Shown piece by piece: positions 60,965-64,000 of a stretch of DNA of 64,000 nt. The position numbers and the translations under genes are program-made. The notes below the pieces were generated by a model. That model saw nothing but the letters and a program-made list of their open reading frames with translations, was not told the origin of the DNA and did not search any database. This DNA comes from Vicinamibacteria bacterium (GTDB taxonomy: Bacteria; Acidobacteriota; Vicinamibacteria; Vicinamibacterales; JAENWD01), in NCBI GenBank assembly GCA_963697705.1, contig CAVOPA010000009.1, positions 240,821-304,820 on the forward strand, given 5' to 3'. How positions within the stretch are numbered: position 1 is the stretch's first letter; every line of letters begins with the position of its first letter.

Positions 60965-61434
60965 GGGCGACAGCCACGACCAACGACGGTTGGACTCGTC
61001 GCGTGAACTGGCCAGAGGGAACGTGCGCGGCTGATACACCTAATGGCGCCACAGGCCTTTTCTCTCTGCACAGCCGCTTCGCGCCGCGGACGACTGTGCA
61101 GGAACTCCTCGACGAGGAGATCGCGCCCACGCCACGCCTGGAGGTTCACGCCGTGACTGACACCGAATCCCGGTTCGCCGCGCGCGCGCTGCGCAGAAAG
61201 CGGCTCTTTCTCGTGCTGTCGATCGCGGTGTGGTGATCGCCGCGGGTCTGACGGCGTACTACGTCGCGCGCTTGCGGCCGATCCCCATTTCCCGATCGGG
61301 CCGCGCGCCGCTATCATTGTGCTGATCCTCCTGAACGCGCGTCAGAACCTGCGTCAGTATCGCTTTGCGGGGATTCTCGAACAGCTTCTCCCCAAGGATT
61401 CCCCGTAGGCCCGCGATTTACCTTGAGGCTTGCC

Positions 61435-61902
61435 ATGGCACCGCAGACGACCGACCTCCACGTCAATCCCTCCGACGAGACCGTCCACCTCGGGCCGCTG
61501 GCCGTGCGTTTCCTGATCACGGGAGACGACGCGACTGGCAGCGTCGCCCTCTTCGAGCTCACGGTCCCGGCCGCGCAGCGGCTGGCGGCGCCGGCGCACA
61601 GTCACGATCACTACGAAGAGACAATCTACGGCATCGAGGGGGTGCTGACCTGGACCGTTGACGGCAAACCAGTTGACGTCGGGCCAGGGCAGGCTCTGTG
61701 CATTCGGCGGGGCGCCGTTCACCGGTTCGACAACGCCGGCAGCCAGACCGTGAAGGCCCTCTGTGCCATCACGCCCGCCGCGATCGGGCCGCAGTATTTT
61801 CGCGAGTCTGCCGCGGTGATCAACGCGTCCGCCGGCGGACCGCCGGACCGGGTCAAGCTGGCCGAGATCATGCGCCGCCACGGCCTGACGCCGGCGCCCT
61901 AG
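61435..61902 (+). CDS. Cupin domain protein (paralog of 22818-23285)
   Basis: 155 aa, colinear with the first cupin. Same PAHSHDHYEE motif. Confidence 0.8.
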   Translation: MAPQTTDLHVNPSDETVHLGPLAVRFLITGDDATGSVALFELTVPAAQRLAAPAHSHDHYEETIYGIEGVLTWTVDGKPVDVGPGQALCIRRGAVHRFDNAGSQTVKALCAITPAAIGPQYFRESAAVINASAGGPPDRVKLAEIMRRHGLTPAP

Positions 61903-61957
61903 CGTACGGAGAGCCGCACTCGTTCATCTCAGCGGAACCTGCTTCGATGTGGAGGGA

Positions 61958-62863
61958 CTAAGCGGACCGCGCGCTCGCGGCGTAGAGGCGATGCGCGCCG
62001 GCGGGTCGGAACCCCAGCGTCTCCAGCACCTCCTGTGAGATCTCCGACGGGTGCACCTTCGCGAGCCGGAATGCCATCATGCCCTGCGCCCGGAGTCGAG
62101 CGAGCAAGTGGCTCAGTCGTGCTCCACCGTCCTCGACGAAGGAGCGGAAGGAGAGAATCTGCACGTCCGGCGCGTCCGCCAGCGGACCCTCCTCGCCGAT
62201 CTCCTCCGGACCCGCTCCCCGCTTCACGTAAAGGACATAGGCCTCGATTCGCTCGTCCGAGGCGACGGCGAGTCCCGCGATGTCGTCCTTCCGTGCCGTG
62301 AGGGTCTCGACCGAGCGCTCCCAGCACACGCTCGCATCGGCATCCCCGAGGAGACCATTTGCGGCGAGATCGTCAATCGTGACGGGAATCACGAACCGGC
62401 CCTCGTCGGCGACCTCGCGCCGATCACTCTCCTCAGGCTGGAACACGTAGTCTGTCAGGAGCGCCTCCTGGACGTATCCGCTTGCCCTGAACAGCTCACA
62501 GGCCGGCGCGAGCGTCTCAGGGACCTCGGCGATCATTCGTGGCGGACCGAGAATCGCGAGCTTCGAGCCGAGTGAGGCGAGCAGGTGACGGCCATGCCCC
62601 TGTCGCCGATGATCGGGGTGGACGGCGATCCTGTGGACGAGGGTACCGGACGTTCGCTTCGCGCCGATCAGGACGCCGATCGGGTCTGAGCCCGAGAACG
62701 CGACCATGCAGCTGCTGCACCAGACCTGAAGGTCGCGGATCGAACGCTTGAACGCGGCCGCGGTCATCGGAGGCTCGTCGGGGAAATACGGCGCCCAGCA
62801 GCGATTGAGCGCGTCGACGAGCAGCGCGATGTCGTCGGAGCGGCAGAAGCGGTATGCGCTCAT
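61958..62863 (-). CDS. GNAT family acetyltransferase (possibly two-domain)
   Basis: Acetyl-CoA binding-type block IAVHPDHRRQGHGRHLL. 301 aa. Confidence 0.75.
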   Translation of the reverse strand: MSAYRFCRSDDIALLVDALNRCWAPYFPDEPPMTAAAFKRSIRDLQVWCSSCMVAFSGSDPIGVLIGAKRTSGTLVHRIAVHPDHRRQGHGRHLLASLGSKLAILGPPRMIAEVPETLAPACELFRASGYVQEALLTDYVFQPEESDRREVADEGRFVIPVTIDDLAANGLLGDADASVCWERSVETLTARKDDIAGLAVASDERIEAYVLYVKRGAGPEEIGEEGPLADAPDVQILSFRSFVEDGGARLSHLLARLRAQGMMAFRLAKVHPSEISQEVLETLGFRPAGAHRLYAASARSA

Positions 62864-62885
62864 CGTGTGCGGGTCTCATCCCTGG

Positions 62886-63251
62886 TCACGCCTCGGCACC
62901 GACGTCGGGTCCGTCCAGCTGACGCACTTCGCACTCGATGTCCCATTCGTCGCCGTGGATCTTCAGGAAATGCTTGGTGAGCTCGATCGCGTCCTGCATG
63001 GATCCTGCCTCGAGGATCGCAAAGCCGCCGACCACTTCCTTGGTCTCCGTGAACGGTCCATCGATCGTCGACAGTGTGCCGCGACGCTGGCGCACGCGCA
63101 CACCTTCCGCCGTTGGCCGAAGCCCGGCGGTGCTGATGAGCGTGCCCTCACGGGTCATGTGCTCGATGAGCTGGCCCATGTCGTTCATGAGCTGCTCGCT
63201 GGGCGTGTGACCGCTGTTCTCGTCGATGCGAATCAACGATAGGAATCGCAT
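62886..63251 (-). CDS. YCII-related (DGPF) domain protein
   Basis: 121 aa with TIDGPFTETKEVVGGFAILE, typical of the YCII/DGPF family. Confidence 0.8.
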   Translation of the reverse strand: MRFLSLIRIDENSGHTPSEQLMNDMGQLIEHMTREGTLISTAGLRPTAEGVRVRQRRGTLSTIDGPFTETKEVVGGFAILEAGSMQDAIELTKHFLKIHGDEWDIECEVRQLDGPDVGAEA

Positions 63252-63678
63252 GCAGTACCTCCTCGGCCGGCGCGGATGCGGACGCGAGCGTCAGACCCGG
63301 CCGTCCGGATGTCATCGCTCTCTGGTCGAACGAGAGACCGCCGGATCGACAGCCCCCCGGTCAAGGTGCTCAATTCGTTCTCGCCAGGTTCGACGCTCCC
63401 GGGTTACTGGACAGACCGCCTGAAGTAGCTCGGGGCGACGTCCGACGTGGTCCACTCGTGATCGTTCGTTCGTCAGCCCAACCTGGCCCGCGCTCATCAT
63501 TCCACCCGCCGTCGGCTGCAGGCCGATGTTGGGCTGACCTGTTAACCGCGCGGTCCACGATGGCGTATTCCTCTATGGGAGCCCGTGTTGTGACGGTCGG
63601 CACGATGGCCATTGGCCCACGTGAAGCCGACGCGGACGCTGACGCTGACGCGGACACTGACCCGAAAGGCGGTATGCA

Positions 63679-64000
63679 ATGACAACGAGACTTCTGATTG
63701 TCACTGCTCTCCTGATGCTGAGCGCGTCGGCAGCGATCGAAGCAGCTGATGTGACCGGAAACTGGGCAGTCACGATCACGACGGCCGACGGCAAGATAAC
63801 CGGCAAAGCGTCTTTAAAGCTGACCGGTGACAAAGTGACCGGTCAGATTGGGCCCAGTGACGATGCCACGATTCGGATCGACGGAGTGCTCACCGCGCAC
63901 AAGTTGACTCTGAAGACAAACCCACGGCCTGGCCGCACGGCCGCATTCGATCGCTGCGAGGTGACCGTCGGCGACGAGAAGATGATCGGCACCATCGAGG
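63679..64000 (+). CDS. Hypothetical secreted protein, 3' end outside the window
   Basis: Not in the ORF track because no stop is reached. The ATG at 63679 gives MTTRLLIVTALLMLSASAAIEAADVTGNWAVTITT..., a clear signal peptide. The frame is open to the window end. Confidence 0.6.
   Translation, partial: MTTRLLIVTALLMLSASAAIEAADVTGNWAVTITTADGKITGKASLKLTGDKVTGQIGPSDDATIRIDGVLTAHKLTLKTNPRPGRTAAFDRCEVTVGDEKMIGTIE

Noticed and set aside
22818-61902. The idea that the two cupin genes mark the ends of a mobile genomic island.
   Set aside because: The copies are only about 82% identical at protein level. No integrase, transposase or conjugation genes, and no intact tRNA target, are present.
63626-63660. 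(GCN-GAC) hexanucleotide run (GCCGACGCGGACGCTGACGCTGACGCGGACACTGAC).
   Set aside because: It is a short simple repeat in a 427-bp gap. It has no spacers, so it is not CRISPR. The overlapping ORFs on either strand have no convincing start or family signal.

Overview
High-GC bacterial chromosomal segment. The paired PadR regulators and 'ADOP'-type duplicated FtsX permeases suggest Acidobacteriota (inference only).

Layout:
- 0-10.1 kb: a canonical alternative complex III locus (actB, 5'-truncated by the window edge, then actC, actD, actE, actF), an accessory membrane protein, a SCO1 copper chaperone, and a caa3-type oxidase (coxB with a fused cytochrome c domain, coxA, coxC, coxD).
- 10.1-14.0 kb: hemH (minus strand), a HemY-type FAD oxidase and an FAD monooxygenase.
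- 14.1-22.4 kb: a second, tightly coupled respiratory operon. It has paralogs of ActC, ActD and ActF only, with no ActA, ActB or ActE and no CxxCH motif in any product. These are followed by an amicyanin-like blue-copper protein, coxA-coxC-coxD, two tiny membrane ORFs, and a coxB without a cytochrome c domain. This is the most unusual system in the window.
- 22.5-64 kb: accessory region. It holds four ADOP permeases (two decayed), two PadR genes, two LytS/LytTR two-component pairs, two paralogous cupins, a methyltransferase, a DinB protein, GNATs, an S9 peptidase and a DUF3604/PPIase/HupE cluster. It also holds a minus-strand gene run padR, DUF1700-like sensor, acyltransferase-3, Mrp/ApbC ATPase, Zn-ribbon protein and AhbD/NirJ-like radical SAM/SPASM enzyme.

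Structural oddities seen directly in the sequence:
- Four tandem 33-bp hairpin repeats inside the actE-actF gap.
- A perfect 29-bp tandem duplication that frameshifts a permease.
- A junction of two truncated genes.
- A dense cluster of 1-nt indels, several of the locatable ones at short base runs, between 36 and 52 kb. This is either gene decay or assembly error.

No rRNA, tRNA, CRISPR array, transposase or integrase was recognised. All functional calls rest on motif and family recognition by eye; no searches were run.
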